DNA of 64,000 bases from Octopus sinensis (GCF_006345805.1 NC_043000.1:4464001-4528000); one strand, 5' to 3'. Numbered from the stretch's first letter, positions 37,141-50,560 are shown. Notes: generated from the letters alone by a model not told the origin. Translations and numbers: made by a program.

Positions 37141-37769
37141 AGGGGAAGGGGTAAGGAGGTGGTTAATGACGATGATTGCTATGATGGCAATTATAATGAT
37201 GATGATGATGATGGTAGTGATAATTATTATGTTGATAAAGATGGAGATGATGACAATGATGACAACAAAATTATATATTTTAAATCAATTACACCCCCTC
37301 CCCCTCTTCCTGAACATCATCATATTTTACAATATTTCTATAATTTTAGTTTCAAAGAGATGTTATAGATAGGTGTTGTACGAGGTGAAGGAGAGAGGAT
37401 GAGAGAACAAGTGTAGTGTTGCTGCTTTTAGAGTAGTAGATAGAGGAGAAGGGGAAAAACTAAGAAAGAGGAAGAGACTAAGAGAGAGAGGAAGAGACTG
37501 AGAGAGAGAGGGAGAGAGTAGTAGGGCTGTTATTAGAGTAGAGGCAAAGGTAAAACAAGGGGCGTTAATAGTAAAGGTGTTATCAAAGGCAGCAGTAAGA
37601 GAAAATGAAAGAGTGATATAAAGGAAGAGAGAGGAAGCTGGAAATTGTTTGTAGAATGAGAGGTAGAAAAGGAAGAGAGAGAGAAAGCAAGAGAGAAAGA
37701 GTGGGAGAGTAATGAGACTGTTGTCAGAAGGTGAGGCTGAAGAGAAAAAGAGGATGAGAAACAGAGAGC

Positions 37770-38820
37770 GTGTACCTCAAATAGAACAATGTACCCCAAA
37801 CTAAAGTATGTACCTTAAATAAATGAATGTACATAAAGTAGAGTATCTTAGACAGAAGAATGTATCTCAGGCTAAAGTATGTACATCAGATAAAGGAATT
37901 GACCTCAAGCTTAAAAGAATATATTTCATACAAGAAAATATATCTCAACTGTTTCATGTTCTCAAGGAAATTGAATTTATCTATAAGGATAGTATATACT
38001 CTAAGGATAGTATATTTTGAAATTGAAATCAAAATCAAAATCAAATTCAATGACTGGCATCCGTGCTAGCGGGGTGCAAAGAGCACCATACGAGTGTGAT
38101 CGTTGACAGAGTAGCTAACCAGCTTCTGTGCCAGTTGCACATAAAAGGGCACCATTCAAGTGTGATCGTTACCAGCATCGCCTTACTGGCACTTGTGCCA
38201 GTGCTAGTTGGGTGCCAAGAGCACCATCCGAGCGTGATCGTTGCCAGAGCAGCCAACTGGCTTCCGTGCCAGTGGCATGTAAAAGGGCACCATTCAAGCG
38301 TGATCATTACCAGCGTCACCTTACTGGCATCTGTGCTGGTGGTATATGTAAAAAGATTCAAGCGAGGTCATTGCCAATACCGCCTGACTGGCCCCCGTGC
38401 CGGTGTCACATAAAAAGCACCCACTACACTCTCGGAGTGGTTGGCATTAGGAAGGGCATCCAGCTATAGAAACTCTGCCAGATCAAGATTGGGGCCTGAT
38501 GCAACCATCTGGTTCGCCAGTACTCAGTCAAAATCGTCCAATCCATGCTATCATAGAAAGCGGACGTTAAACGATGATGATGATGATAGTATATACCTCT
38601 AACTTTAAAGTGTATTTCACAGAGAAAAATGTGCACAAAACGACAGTAGGTACATCAAGGAGAATCTAACCCAGAGCACAATGTGTCCTAAAGAGTAGAA
38701 TGTATTCTAGACATTAATATGAACCATATTATTTAGAATGTACCCCGTACAATAGAATATACTTCAACATATTATGCACCTCACAGCTGAATATATTTCA
38801 GATCACAGCATATACTTATT
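37770..38820. repeat. Old ~19-bp minisatellite (AGAATGTACCTCA-like) interrupted by an RTE 3' fragment (38020-38587, +)
   Basis: Degenerate motif on both sides of the RTE tail ending in (GAT)n. Confidence 0.65.
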
Positions 38821-39088
38821 ACTGAATTCCACTGCTTTACACCTTGGGCAAGTATCTTCATTTATCTTCCCACTGCTTTGTACTTCAGGCAAGTGTCATT
38901 GGTTCAGTCCCACTGCTTGGCACCTAGGGCAAGTGTCCTCAGGTCCAGTTCCACAGTTTAGAAATTTGGACAAGTGTCATTGAGTTCAGTCCTACTGCCT
39001 GATACCCTGGGTAAGTTTTACTATGGTCTTAGAGTGACCAAAGACTTTTGAGTGGGTTTGGCAGACAGAAACTGAAAGCACATGTATT

Positions 39089-39128
<40 letters not shown>

Positions 39129-39421
39129 TAAAAAAAAATAACTTCAAAAAAATAACTAAAAAATAACTAAAACTATATTCCCTGTGCTTCTACACTTCTA
39201 CACTTTCCCTACATGGTTTGTTTACTTCCTCCTTCTTTCTGACTTTCTATCTGTCCCTCTCTCATCTTTAGTCCTACAGGACATTTTCATTTTCCTTTGA
39301 GTTACCCTATATTTGTCTGTCTTACGGTCATATGTTGTTTTTTGTTTATGTATATGTATGATTGTTATAAGTATTTTATTTTGTCATGTTTGTTTTCATC
39401 ATTGTCCTGTACTATTCCCAG

Positions 39422-39481
39422 AGGCTTTTCGACACTGACGCCTCCAAAAGTGAACAATGTCAACATTAAAGGCACGAAATT
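39422..39481 (+). CDS. Candidate symmetric 60-nt exon (GFSTLTPPKVNNVNIKGTKL)
   Basis: Long pyrimidine tract ...actattcccag|, |gtaagg donor; only the phase 2 to 2 frame is open. Confidence 0.45.
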
Positions 39482-39578
39482 GTAAGGATCTTTTGGCTGT
39501 TGATTGATGAGGAATAAGCTACAAATCTTCTGTTTGTTATATTCTTGTTAAATTTTCCATTTGTTGTGTTTTTGTGAA

Positions 39579-39623
<45 letters not shown>

Positions 39624-39947
39624 AAAGTGAGATAGGGGTTATGAGTGTAACCCACTATGGGATATCATTTATCCAATATACTGCCAGTAAAGTACCCAGA
39701 AGGCTAATACATAAATGCTAAGAACTGCAATGCAATTAATTCATACCTCAAATTCATAATACAAAATAAGAAAATGGAGGAATAGATTTCTTTCAATCAT
39801 CAACTTCCAGATAATACCAATTCATATAATTTATTAACTAATTATTTAGATTAAATAGGAACATCCAAATCCAACAGAATAAGACAGAATAAAACAATAT
39901 ACATCAATAAGTAAGATAATACCATAAGAATAATACATATAAAATGG

Positions 39948-40075
39948 ATCTTACAGCTGTTTCAGCCTGTAGATAAGAGTATCTCATTATGCCCATATTA
40001 GTCAGATGTATTGAGGTAATATGCAGTTAAAAATGAGTTACTTATATATATATATCTCAAGGCCTCGTCAGAGAT
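39948..40075 (-). ncRNA. Minimal type-I hammerhead motif, left arm of the inverted PLE-like pair
   Basis: ATCT-CTGACGA-GGCCT-[91 nt]-AGGCT-GAAA-C-AGCT-G-TA-AGAT. Confidence 0.7.
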
Positions 40076-40228
40076 TATAAAGTACAATTATAAAGATATA
40101 AAATGAAGATATAAAATGCAAATATGAATATTAAACAAGGTACACATATACAAGAATATGCATATATACATATATACATATACATATAAGTGTATATACA
40201 TTTTATATCTTTATAATTGTACTTTATA

Positions 40229-40354
40229 ATCTCTGATGAGGCCTTGAGATATATATATAAGTAACTCATTTTTAACTGCATATTACCTCAATACATCTGA
40301 CTAATATGGGCATAATGAGATACTCTTATCTACAGGCTGAAACAGTTGTAAGAT
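40229..40354 (+). ncRNA. Minimal type-I hammerhead motif, right arm
   Basis: ATCT-CTGATGA-GGCCT-[~89 nt]-AGGCT-GAAA-C-AGTT-G-TA-AGAT (loop palindrome broken). Confidence 0.65.
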
Positions 40355-40690
40355 ACACTGTGTGGCACTTTGGGTAAGTGTCTTCTACTATAGCCTCGGG
40401 CTGACCAAAGCCTTGTGAGTGGATTTGTTAGAAGGAAACTGAAAGAAGCCCGTTGTATATATGTATGTGTGTGTATATGTTTGTGTGTCTGTGTTTGTTC
40501 CTCCCAACATCACTTGACAACTGATGCTGGTGTGTTTACATCCCTGTAACTTAGTGGTTCGGCAAAAGAGACTGATAGAATAAGTACTAGGCTTACAAAG
40601 AATAAGTCCTGGGGTCGATTTTCTTGACTAAAGGCAGTGCTCCAGCATGGCCACAGTTACATGACTGAAAGAAGTTAAAGAGTAAAAGAG
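40355..40690 (+). mobile_element. SINE family A, 5'-truncated
   Basis: Family motifs. Confidence 0.85.
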
Positions 40691-40733
<43 letters not shown>

Positions 40734-41059
40734 CACATACATACATGCATTTATATATCTATATGTGTGTGTGTGCATGCACAAGCATGTGTGTTTCTGT
40801 TCCCCTTGTCTTGACTTTGCCAATGGTTCATTTCCAACCTTCCATGAAAACATGTCCAGTCAGCGAGAAGAAAAAAATACTTGCTTCAAAACAGGTGAGG
40901 GCATGAATCCAAACAAAATCTGCCTCAACAATTCTGTCTGACCCATGCAAGCAGGAGAAATGGACATTAAACCGATGCTATGGTAAATCCAGATTCACAA
41001 ATACTGGTTTTAAATTTTAGCACAAAGCCAGCAATATTTTAGTGGGGAGGAATGTCAAG

Positions 41060-41625
41060 TACATCGATCAGTGTTCAACTGGTACTTTTTTTATCGACCC
41101 TGAGAGGATAAAAAGTAAAGTCAACATCAGCAGAATTTGAACTCAGTACATAAAAATGGATGAAATTCCACTAAGCATTTTCTCCATGTGCTCAAAATTC
41201 TGCCAGCTCACTACCTTCAGATTCACAAATATTGACTTTAAATTTTGGCAAAAGGCCAGCAGTTTTAGTGGAGGGGGTTAAGTTAATTACATCAACCCCA
41301 GAGTTCAACTGTAATTTGAACCCAGAACGTAAAGACGAATGAAATGCAGCTTAGCATTTTGCCTGATGTGCCAGCAATTCTTTTTTTTATTATTTCTTTA
41401 TTGCCCACAAGGGGCCAAACATAGAGGGGACAAACAAGGACAGACAAAGGGATTAAGTCGATTACATTGACCCCAGTGCGTAACTGGTACTTATTTAATC
41501 GACCCCGAAAGGATGAAAGGCAAAGTTGACCTCGGCGGAATTTGAACACAACGTAAAGGCAGATTGAAATACCGCTAAGCATTTTACCCGGCATGCTAAC
41601 GTTTCTGCCAGCTCACCACCTTCGG
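41060..41625 (-). mobile_element. Nested/adjacent SINE family B copies
   Basis: Family motifs. Confidence 0.8.
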
Positions 41626-42288
41626 TGTGCCAGCAATTCTGTCAGCTTCAGATTCACAAATATTAAGGGGCAAGATAACATTCTGTACATCCGATTAAAC
41701 ATGAAGTTACATAATAAAACCAACCCCAGTAAATGCTGTTACAAGTAAAATGTACGATCAATATCAATGTGACCTCAGATGAAAATAAATACAACTTTGA
41801 CTATTCTATTATAACCACGTTAATCAGAAAATATATTTCATTAACCAGTTGGTTCCTTTGACAACTGATGTTACATATCCATAGCAACCACTGGAAACAC
41901 ATCATATACCAGCATAAATTTTTACGGGGGTGGAAAGGGTTAATAAAGAACCAATGTTTATTATGCAAAATAACCAAAAATGAACAATATATATATACAT
42001 ACAACATGTTCTCTTTGCTGTCTTGATCAAATTACATCTAGCATATAATGATCTGTTTACACCTAAACATTAACAAACTAGATTATTAAACATCACCACC
42101 ACCACCACCACCACCACCACCACCACCAGCACATCATCATCATTATCATCATCATCCATGTAATATTCCCTGATCTGTTGCTCTTGTGGAAATATAAAGA
42201 ATTACAATTATTGTTGTTGTTTTTATTATTGTTGTTCATAATATTTGTAGTTTGTTTTTATTGATACTGTTGTTTTTGCTGCTGCTGT

Positions 42289-42324
<36 letters not shown>

Positions 42325-42579
42325 TATTATCATTATTATTAGAGCAGTGTCCTGACAAAATTGTTAGCACATTAGAGAAAATGGTTGGTGGTATTTTGTC
42401 ATTAGGTTCTGAGTTCAAATACCATCGAGGTGGACTTTGCCTTTCCTCCTTCTGGTGGGGGGGGGGGTGTCAATGAAATAAGTACCAGTTGAGCACTGGG
42501 GTCAATTTAATTGACTGGACCCCACCTCACCCGAAATTGCTGGCCTTGTGCCAAAATTTGAAGCCATAATTATTATCGC

Positions 42580-42619
<40 letters not shown>

Positions 42620-42659
42620 AGTAGTAGTGGCAGCAGCAGCAACAGCATTACTACTACTG

Positions 42660-42690
<31 letters not shown>

Positions 42691-42691
42691 A

Positions 42692-42723
<32 letters not shown>

Positions 42724-43154
42724 AACTATTACTACTACTACAACAACAACTACTACTACTACTACTACCACTACCTCTCCTCACTTCCAAACATTCACAG
42801 AATACAATTACAAGTTCCACAAATAAAAACAAATGGAATAACCACAATCCTCTTTGCCATCATTTGCCATTTCTCTCTCTTGTTCTTTCCCCATAAATTC
42901 TTCTGTTCACTTTCTTCCTGTCTTACAATCTATACCACTTTTTTTGTTTCTTTTTCTTTTTTTCCCCCCCAAAGCTCCAGCTTAAAACATAACGCATTTC
43001 GTCAATAAATAGCACCGAATATATGGTAAATAAATGTTAAGACCTTTTCAAAATATTTCTAATTTAATTTCTTTGGCATTGAATTTTTAATATTTGATAT
43101 TTCAAGTAAGATATTTGATCTGTGTAAAATTTGCTTTTATAAACTAAACAAGCT

Positions 43155-43204
43155 TGCATAATATGTGTGTGTGTGTGGTGTGTGTGTGTGCATGTGTATT
43201 ATGT

Positions 43205-43239
<35 letters not shown>

Positions 43240-43249
43240 CATCTATATA

Positions 43250-43283
<34 letters not shown>

Positions 43284-43308
43284 CATATATATATACATAT
43301 TTATATAT

Positions 43309-43368
<60 letters not shown>

Positions 43369-43395
43369 TATTATATACATATATATATACATATT

Positions 43396-43482
<87 letters not shown>

Positions 43483-43492
43483 TATATATATA

Positions 43493-43555
<63 letters not shown>

Positions 43556-43710
43556 CATATATACATATATATATACATATATATATACATATATATATAC
43601 ATACATATATATGCATATATATTATATATATATTATATACACACACATATAAATGTATGCATGTATATATGTATGTACATATATATAGATATATAACTCA
43701 CACACATGTA
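43155..43710. repeat. (TA)n/(CA)n microsatellite
   Basis: Direct reading. Confidence 0.95.
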
Positions 43711-44074
43711 TAACCATATTTAGAAAGAGAGATTATATGAGAATGAATATCTATATTATATATAAAAAAATATCTCTAAATGATATCATGAATATTGTCA
43801 TCGTCGTAATTGTCATCATCAGAAGCAGCAGCAGCAGCAATAGCTGCGTTTTAAAATCCACCTTTCCATCCATGCAGGAGTCAGACGGAATTCACTGAGG
43901 TAGATTTTCAATGGTTGCATGCCCTTCCTATCACCAATACTTACCTGTCTGCAAGCAAGGTAATATCTTCCCATGGCTGGACATGTTTTTAACAGAAGCC
44001 TGGAAATGATGGACACTGTTTTGTACAACAGCAATACTTGTTTATATGTATTGCATGATGTCAAGACAAAGAGA

Positions 44075-44860
44075 CAAAACAGGCGAGCTGGCAGAAACGT
44101 TAGCACGCCTGGTGAAACGCTTAGCGGTATTTCGTCTGTCTTTACATTCAGAGTTCAAATTCCACCGAGGTCAACTTTGCCTTTCATCCTTTCGGGGTTG
44201 ATTAAATAAGTACCAGTTACACACTGGGGTCGATGTAATTGACTTAATCTGTTTGTCTGTCCTTGTTTGTCCCCTCTGTGTGTAGCCTCTTGCGGGTAAT
44301 AAAGAAATAGGTATTTCATCTGCCGCTACGTTCTGAGTTCAAATTCAGCCAAGGTCGACTTTGCCTTTCATCCTTTCGGGGTTGATTAAATAAGTACCAG
44401 TTACACACTGGGGTCGATGTAATTGACTTAATCTGTTTGTCTGTCCTTGTTTGTCCCCTCTGTGTGTAGCCTCTTGCGGGTAATAAAGAAATAGGTATTT
44501 CATCTGCCGCTACGTTCTGAGTTCAAATTCAGCCAAGGTCGACTTTGCCTTTCATCCTTTCGGGGTTGATTAAATAAGTACCAGTTACACACTGGGGTCG
44601 ATGTAATTGACTTAATCTGTTTGTCTGTCCTTGTTTGTCCCCTCTGTGTGTAGCCTCTTGCGGGTAATAAAGAAATAGGTATTTCATCTGCCGCTACGTT
44701 CTCAGTTCAAATTCAGCCGAGGTCAACTTTGCCTTTCATCCTTTCAGGGTCAATAAATTAAGTACCAGTTAAGCACTGGAGTCGATGTAATCAACTTAAT
44801 CTCTTTGTCTGTCCTTGTTTGTCCCCTCTGTGTTTAGCCCCTTGTGGGCAATAAAGGAAT
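44075..44860 (+). mobile_element. SINE family B tandem multimer (~179-bp unit, about four copies)
   Basis: Near-identical units with GGGTCGATGTAATTGACTTAATC at ~44228, 44407 and 44596. Confidence 0.9.
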
Positions 44861-45099
44861 AAGAAATAAGAAATAAGACAAAGGTACAAAACACAGACAC
44901 ACAAATGTAAGCTTTATGCAATATCTCCCAATTATCGCATCAGCACGACTGTCAGCCTACACTCTTGGTATTTGCAAAGATTGAAGTTTCCATTTGTCAA
45001 ACTTATGGTGCAATTATTAAACAACTTATCCACAAGGGATGTTCTTATCTATACATTCATGTACGTGTACACAAAACACAAACACAAACAGGTACACAC

Positions 45100-45135
<36 letters not shown>

Positions 45136-45159
45136 AACAGGTTTCTTTACATTTCCTTA

Positions 45160-45570
45160 TTTTTTTATTTTTTTACTGCTCACAAGAGGCTACACACAGA
45201 GGGGACAAACAAAGACAGACAAATGGATTAAGCCAATTATATCGACCCCAGTGCATAACTGGTACTTATTTAATCGACCCCAAAAGGATGAAAGGTAAAG
45301 TCAACCTTGGCAGAATTTGAACTCAGAACATAACGACAGACAAAATACCTATTTCTTTACTACCCACAAGAGAGGACAAACAAAGACAGACAAATGGATT
45401 AAGTCGATTATATCGACCCCAGTGCGTAACTGGTACTTATTTAATCAACCCCGAAAGGATGAAAGGCAAAGTCGACCTCGGTGGAATTTGAACTCAGAAC
45501 ATAAAGACAGACAAAATACTGCTAAGCAGTTTGTCCGGTATGCTAACGTTTCTGCCGGCTCACCACCTTA
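45160..45570 (-). mobile_element. SINE family B dimer
   Basis: Family motifs, opposite orientation to 44075-44860. Confidence 0.85.
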
Positions 45571-46479
45571 GGTTTCTTTACGTTTCCATCAACCAAACCC
45601 ATTCACATGACTTTGGGTTGCTGGACGTTATGGTGGAAGACCTTTTCCCAAGGTTCCATACAGTGGGATTGAACCCAAGACCACAAGCTTGTGAAGCAAA
45701 CTTCTCAACCACACAGCCACACCTACACCTATTCATATTCAACAACAATCTATAATTATCGGTCATAGGGACTCTTCTGAAAGTCAGAATTACACAGAAC
45801 TTATAAACAATTGGTGATGCCACCAAGGGCAAATGAAATAATTGAAAGTTCAATAGAAATAAATATAGAAATGGCCAACGTGTCTGTCTAAGATTAATTG
45901 CAGGAAATAAATTGGTCATTTGATATTGTTCCTGGGATTTCTCTGTAAAATGGTAAATTAGGCAGATCTTATTTTACTGTTAGTTGATGCAGTGAGTGGA
46001 TGCGAGACAGAAGATTTGACTCTGAGATGATAGAGTAGGACAGAAAGCTTAAGAGAAAATTTCAAGGAATTTACTCAAAGATAACAAAAGACAGGAATGA
46101 ATTTCAGAGGGATTTCAAGACAGCTTTGAGAGATTTTACTCACAAATATTTCCAGACTATTCTGAAATTCATTAATTTCAGATGATTCCTGACCATCTTC
46201 TGCATTCTTCAAATACATTTAACTGTGGTCTATAAAAATCAATAGACAGCTCAGCCACCATTCTTCTACAGATGTTATCCAACAGAATTGTCCTGACAGA
46301 ATAATTCCAACCAAACATAGTCTTCTAGTGAGTGGTGAGTTACTTTTAAAGATTTGAATAGTTTTTCTACCCCTCCCCCCCCCCCCACCATTCTCACCCC
46401 CCCTCCATCTCTACTTTTCTTTCTCATCTCAGTCACAAGTGTTTCTATATATCACAGAACACTGGCTCATGCCATGATA

Positions 46480-46504
46480 TTGATGGTGATGGTGGCAGTG
46501 CTTG

Positions 46505-46538
<34 letters not shown>

Positions 46539-46984
46539 GGTGGTGGTGGTGGTGAGGATGATGATGATGATGGTGGTGGTGGTGGTGATGGTGGTGATGA
46601 TGGTGGTGGTGGTGGTGGTGAGGATGATGATGATGATGGTGGTGGTGATGGTGGTGGTGAGGATGATGATGATGGTGGTGGTGGTGAGGATGATGATGAT
46701 GATGGTGGTGGTGAGGATGATGATGATGATGGTGGTGGTGGTGATGGTGGTGATGATGGTGGTGGTAGTGGTGAGGATGATGATGATGATGGTGGTGGTG
46801 GTGGTGGTGGTGAGGATGATGATGATGGTGGTGGTGGTGGTGAGGATGATGATGATGATGGTGGTGGTGGTGGTGAGGATGATGATGATGATGGTGGTGG
46901 TGGTGATGGTGGTGATGATGGTGGTGGTAGTGGTGGTGAGGATGATGATGATGATGGTGGTGATGATGGTGGCGATGATGATGG

Positions 46985-47019
<35 letters not shown>

Positions 47020-48035
47020 GTGGTGATGATGGTGGTGATGATGATGGTGATGATGATGATATGATGATGATGATGATGATGATGATATAGGTAATGGAAG
47101 TGAGTTGTTGCTATAGTAGTAATGATGGTAAAAAGATGATAATTGACAATCACTGCCGTTGTCGTTGCAAGTACAGGTGTATATAAGTATGCATATGTGT
47201 GAGGGTATATATAGGCAGACATGTATTATATATGCTTATAGACATGTGTATAGATGTGTACAGATATGTATGTGAATATACATACAAATAGATACATGCA
47301 TGTGTGTGTGTGTGTGTGTGTGTCCATGTGAGTGCATATGGATGAGAGTATGCATGTATATATCTTCATGCTTGCACGCATGCACATACCTACATACACA
47401 CATGCATACATGCATACATGCATACATACATACATACATACATATACACATTCACACATACATGCATGCATACATACAAATATACATGCTTATACACATG
47501 CATACACACAAACATACATACAAGCATACATGCTTATACACATATATACACACATACATACATACATACATACATGCATGCACACATACATACATATTTA
47601 CACACATACACACATACATACATTCATACATACACATACACACACGCATGCATACACACACCTATACATATATACGTACGTACATACATAGACATACACA
47701 CACATACATACATTCATATTAACATACATACTCACACATTGTTACACATGCACATATACATGCATACACACATACATACATACTTATACACACATACACA
47801 CACATGTACATACATACGTTCATACGAACATACATACTTACACACATACTTACCATACACACACACATATACATACATACATTCATACAAAACATACATA
47901 GTTAACACATAGTTACACACATAGTTACACACACACACACACATATGCACATATACATACATTCACACAAACATACATACATACACACACCGTTACACAC
48001 ACAGTTACACACACCACACACACACACACACACAC
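46480..48035. repeat. Compound (GGT/GAT)n then (CA/TA)n microsatellites
   Basis: Direct reading. Confidence 0.95.
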
Positions 48036-48661
48036 TTACATGAAATTCCCTAAACATAGAAAGACAGTGACATTATTGTATCTGTTGTGTGTGTCTGTGA
48101 AACAAACCCACAGATTTCTACTCTAACTCCATTCGAGATATTAACCAAAGCAGAAATATAAATATCCTAGTATTTACTTTCAAGTATTTATTACAAAGAC
48201 TGCTTCAGTATTGGCTAATCACACATGATCTAGCTTCCCGGTCGTCTTCATAGAGAAACTGTTTCCCAACTTTCTCCCATCAATGTTTGCTTTCTGGTAG
48301 AAGTTCCTTCGCAAAATACAATATATATATATCATGGCTGCACACTTTATCAAACCAAACATGCCAGAATAGAGTTGACATAGTTTCATCACTTCCTGTG
48401 GCTAGATATTTTGGATGAAGGGGTGGCGAGGGTGGGCTGGGAGGATGAGAGAATATAAAGTAGAAACAAACAACAGTTTTTGCACTGATGTAGGATGAGG
48501 TGGCGAGGAGGGGGTAGAGAAGAAGAGAGCGTTGGGCAAATATAGTGCTAATATGTATATATGTGTGTGTATACTTGTGTATACATATATAAATGCATAC
48601 ATAAACACACACATAAATACATACATGCATACATATATACAAACATGCATATATACATACA

Positions 48662-48763
<102 letters not shown>

Positions 48764-49059
48764 CACACACACACACACACATATATATATATACACATAT
48801 ATATACACACATATATATATACATGCATATATATATACATATATATATACACATATATATATACATATATAAATATATATATATGCATATATAAATATAT
48901 ATATATATACATATATATAAATATATTATATATATAAGTGTGTGTGTATATATGTATATTTCTTTCTTGGTTTGACTACCATCTGTGCAACATCTATATT
49001 CCTCGCTATGCCTGTCATCTCTTATATCCCTGCTGTAAAGCTTCACTTCCACATACGCC

Positions 49060-49900
49060 AGCTTAATTTAATTCGTCCTTAGTCGAAAGATACCTGTTGT
49101 TAATGTACTTTATTTGCATTTGTATTTGTGTACCATTTCTCCGTTTTTTCCGTCTTTGTTTTCGTATACGTTTGCTGCTTTCTTCCACTCTTAGCTTAGT
49201 TTTTTCTTGGGGCTGGCCAGATTGGAGCAATCTCGAGTATAACCAGCCAAAATTGTAAAGATAATTTGGAACTCGACTGAAGAAAGAAAACTCTGAATGA
49301 CCTGTCCTTGTTTTTTCTGTATCATTTGTCTGGATGTTTTGTCATCCCTTTTTTGTATCATTTAACTGTCTAGATGTTTTGCGTTCTTGTCCCATTTTTG
49401 GTATTCCGTTTTTTATACATACATATATATATATATATTATAATAAATTAGAGACAAAACCACTATTATGCAAATCAAACAAAGAAAGACTTAAGCCAAT
49501 ACATAAAATATAAAATAATTTATATAAATTAAAATTTAACAAATGAATAACCACTACGATCGTTTCGTGTCAGCACATCTTAGACATTCTTCAGGTGGTT
49601 ACTGCAAAAATAATCAATCTTCATTTGGAAAAGAAACCTTCAATATAGATGATATAGTTTTCTGTCCTTGTTTTCATATACATTTGATGCTTTTCTCCAA
49701 GGAATCTAATGCTCTTAGCTTAGTTTTTCCTTGGGGCTGGCCAGATTGGAGCAATCTCAAGAGGATGATCCTGTTCTTGACTGAAGATCAAAGGCTTTGA
49801 ATGACCCATCCTTGTTTTTTTGTATCGTCTATCTGGATGTTTTGTTGTCCCTTTTTCTATCACCGAGTTGTCCTGATGTTTTGCGTTCTTCTCCCATTTT
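49060..49900. mobile_element. Cluster of PLE-like terminal fragments
   Basis: CTCTTAGCTTAGTTTTT...GGCTGGCCAGATTGGAGCAATCTC occurs twice (49190, 49715); reverse copy at 21480-21550; hammerhead lies between the two. Confidence 0.55.
49548..49601 (-). ncRNA. Compact minimal type-I hammerhead ribozyme
   Basis: TAACCAC-CTGAAGA-ATGTC-TAAGATGTGCT-GACAC-GAAA-C-GATC-G-TA-GTGGTTA; perfect 7-bp helix I, palindromic GATC loop, GUA site; A.C mismatch at the base of helix II. Confidence 0.8.
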
Positions 49901-50059
49901 ATATTTTATTTTATATATATATATATATATATCAGCAGCAAAATGTTCAGAAGCAAATATTTATATAGATATTAATATTGTTATTATTATCGAAGTCAAT
50001 ACAAATGGCTGATAATAACAATATCATCATAGGTGGCCGTAGGCCTAAAACAGCATTAC

Positions 50060-50560
50060 CTAGTATATAATCACAGTATATGTGTGTATAATGACTAACA
50101 CATACATTTCCACATTTCTCAACCAATTTTCACCAAACTTTACACGCTCATTACTTATGTCCCGAGGATGGTCATGCATTATAACATTTTGCCCAGAGCT
50201 CCCACAAAAATGGACATAAATGGACATAGTTTCTTTGTACGTAGGGTCTTCCATACTTTTTTAATCTTTTCATAAAAGTAAAAGGATTTTGTCGATTTAT
50301 TTCCCTTGTCCACCAGCGATGGTGATTAAATTGACTATGAATGCTGAACGCATACATTTCCACAATTCTCAACCAATTTTCACTATGTTGGGTCTTCCAT
50401 ACATTTTTAATCCTATTATGAAAGTGAATGGATTTTGTCCATTTATTTATTTCGACTTACCACCTGCGATGTTTATTAAATTGACTACAAATACTGAACA
50501 CGATGAATATCTAATACCCAACAATCTTAATCTCCATATTAAAACTGCATTAATCTTTGG
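50060..50560 (+). mobile_element. Helitron-like non-autonomous fragment with internal duplication
   Basis: CATACATTTCCAC..TTCTCAACCAATTTTCAC at 50101 and 50351; termini not clearly identified. Confidence 0.35.

Noticed and set aside
35087-37141. Long ORFs (459, 300, 355 and 338 aa) as protein-coding genes
   Set aside because: The 12-bp unit has a stop in only one of six frames, so long ORFs are expected; no credible start or signal peptide; frameshift mid-array
48039-48048. Minus-strand 10-nt microexon (tttag|GGAATTTCAT|gtaagt)
   Set aside because: Not frame-preserving, abuts a (CA)n tract, no partner exons; shows that such patterns can arise by chance
49270-49310. Hammerhead at CTGAAGA...GAATGACC (also 49779 and 21500)
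   Set aside because: GAAA core altered and helices I and III do not pair
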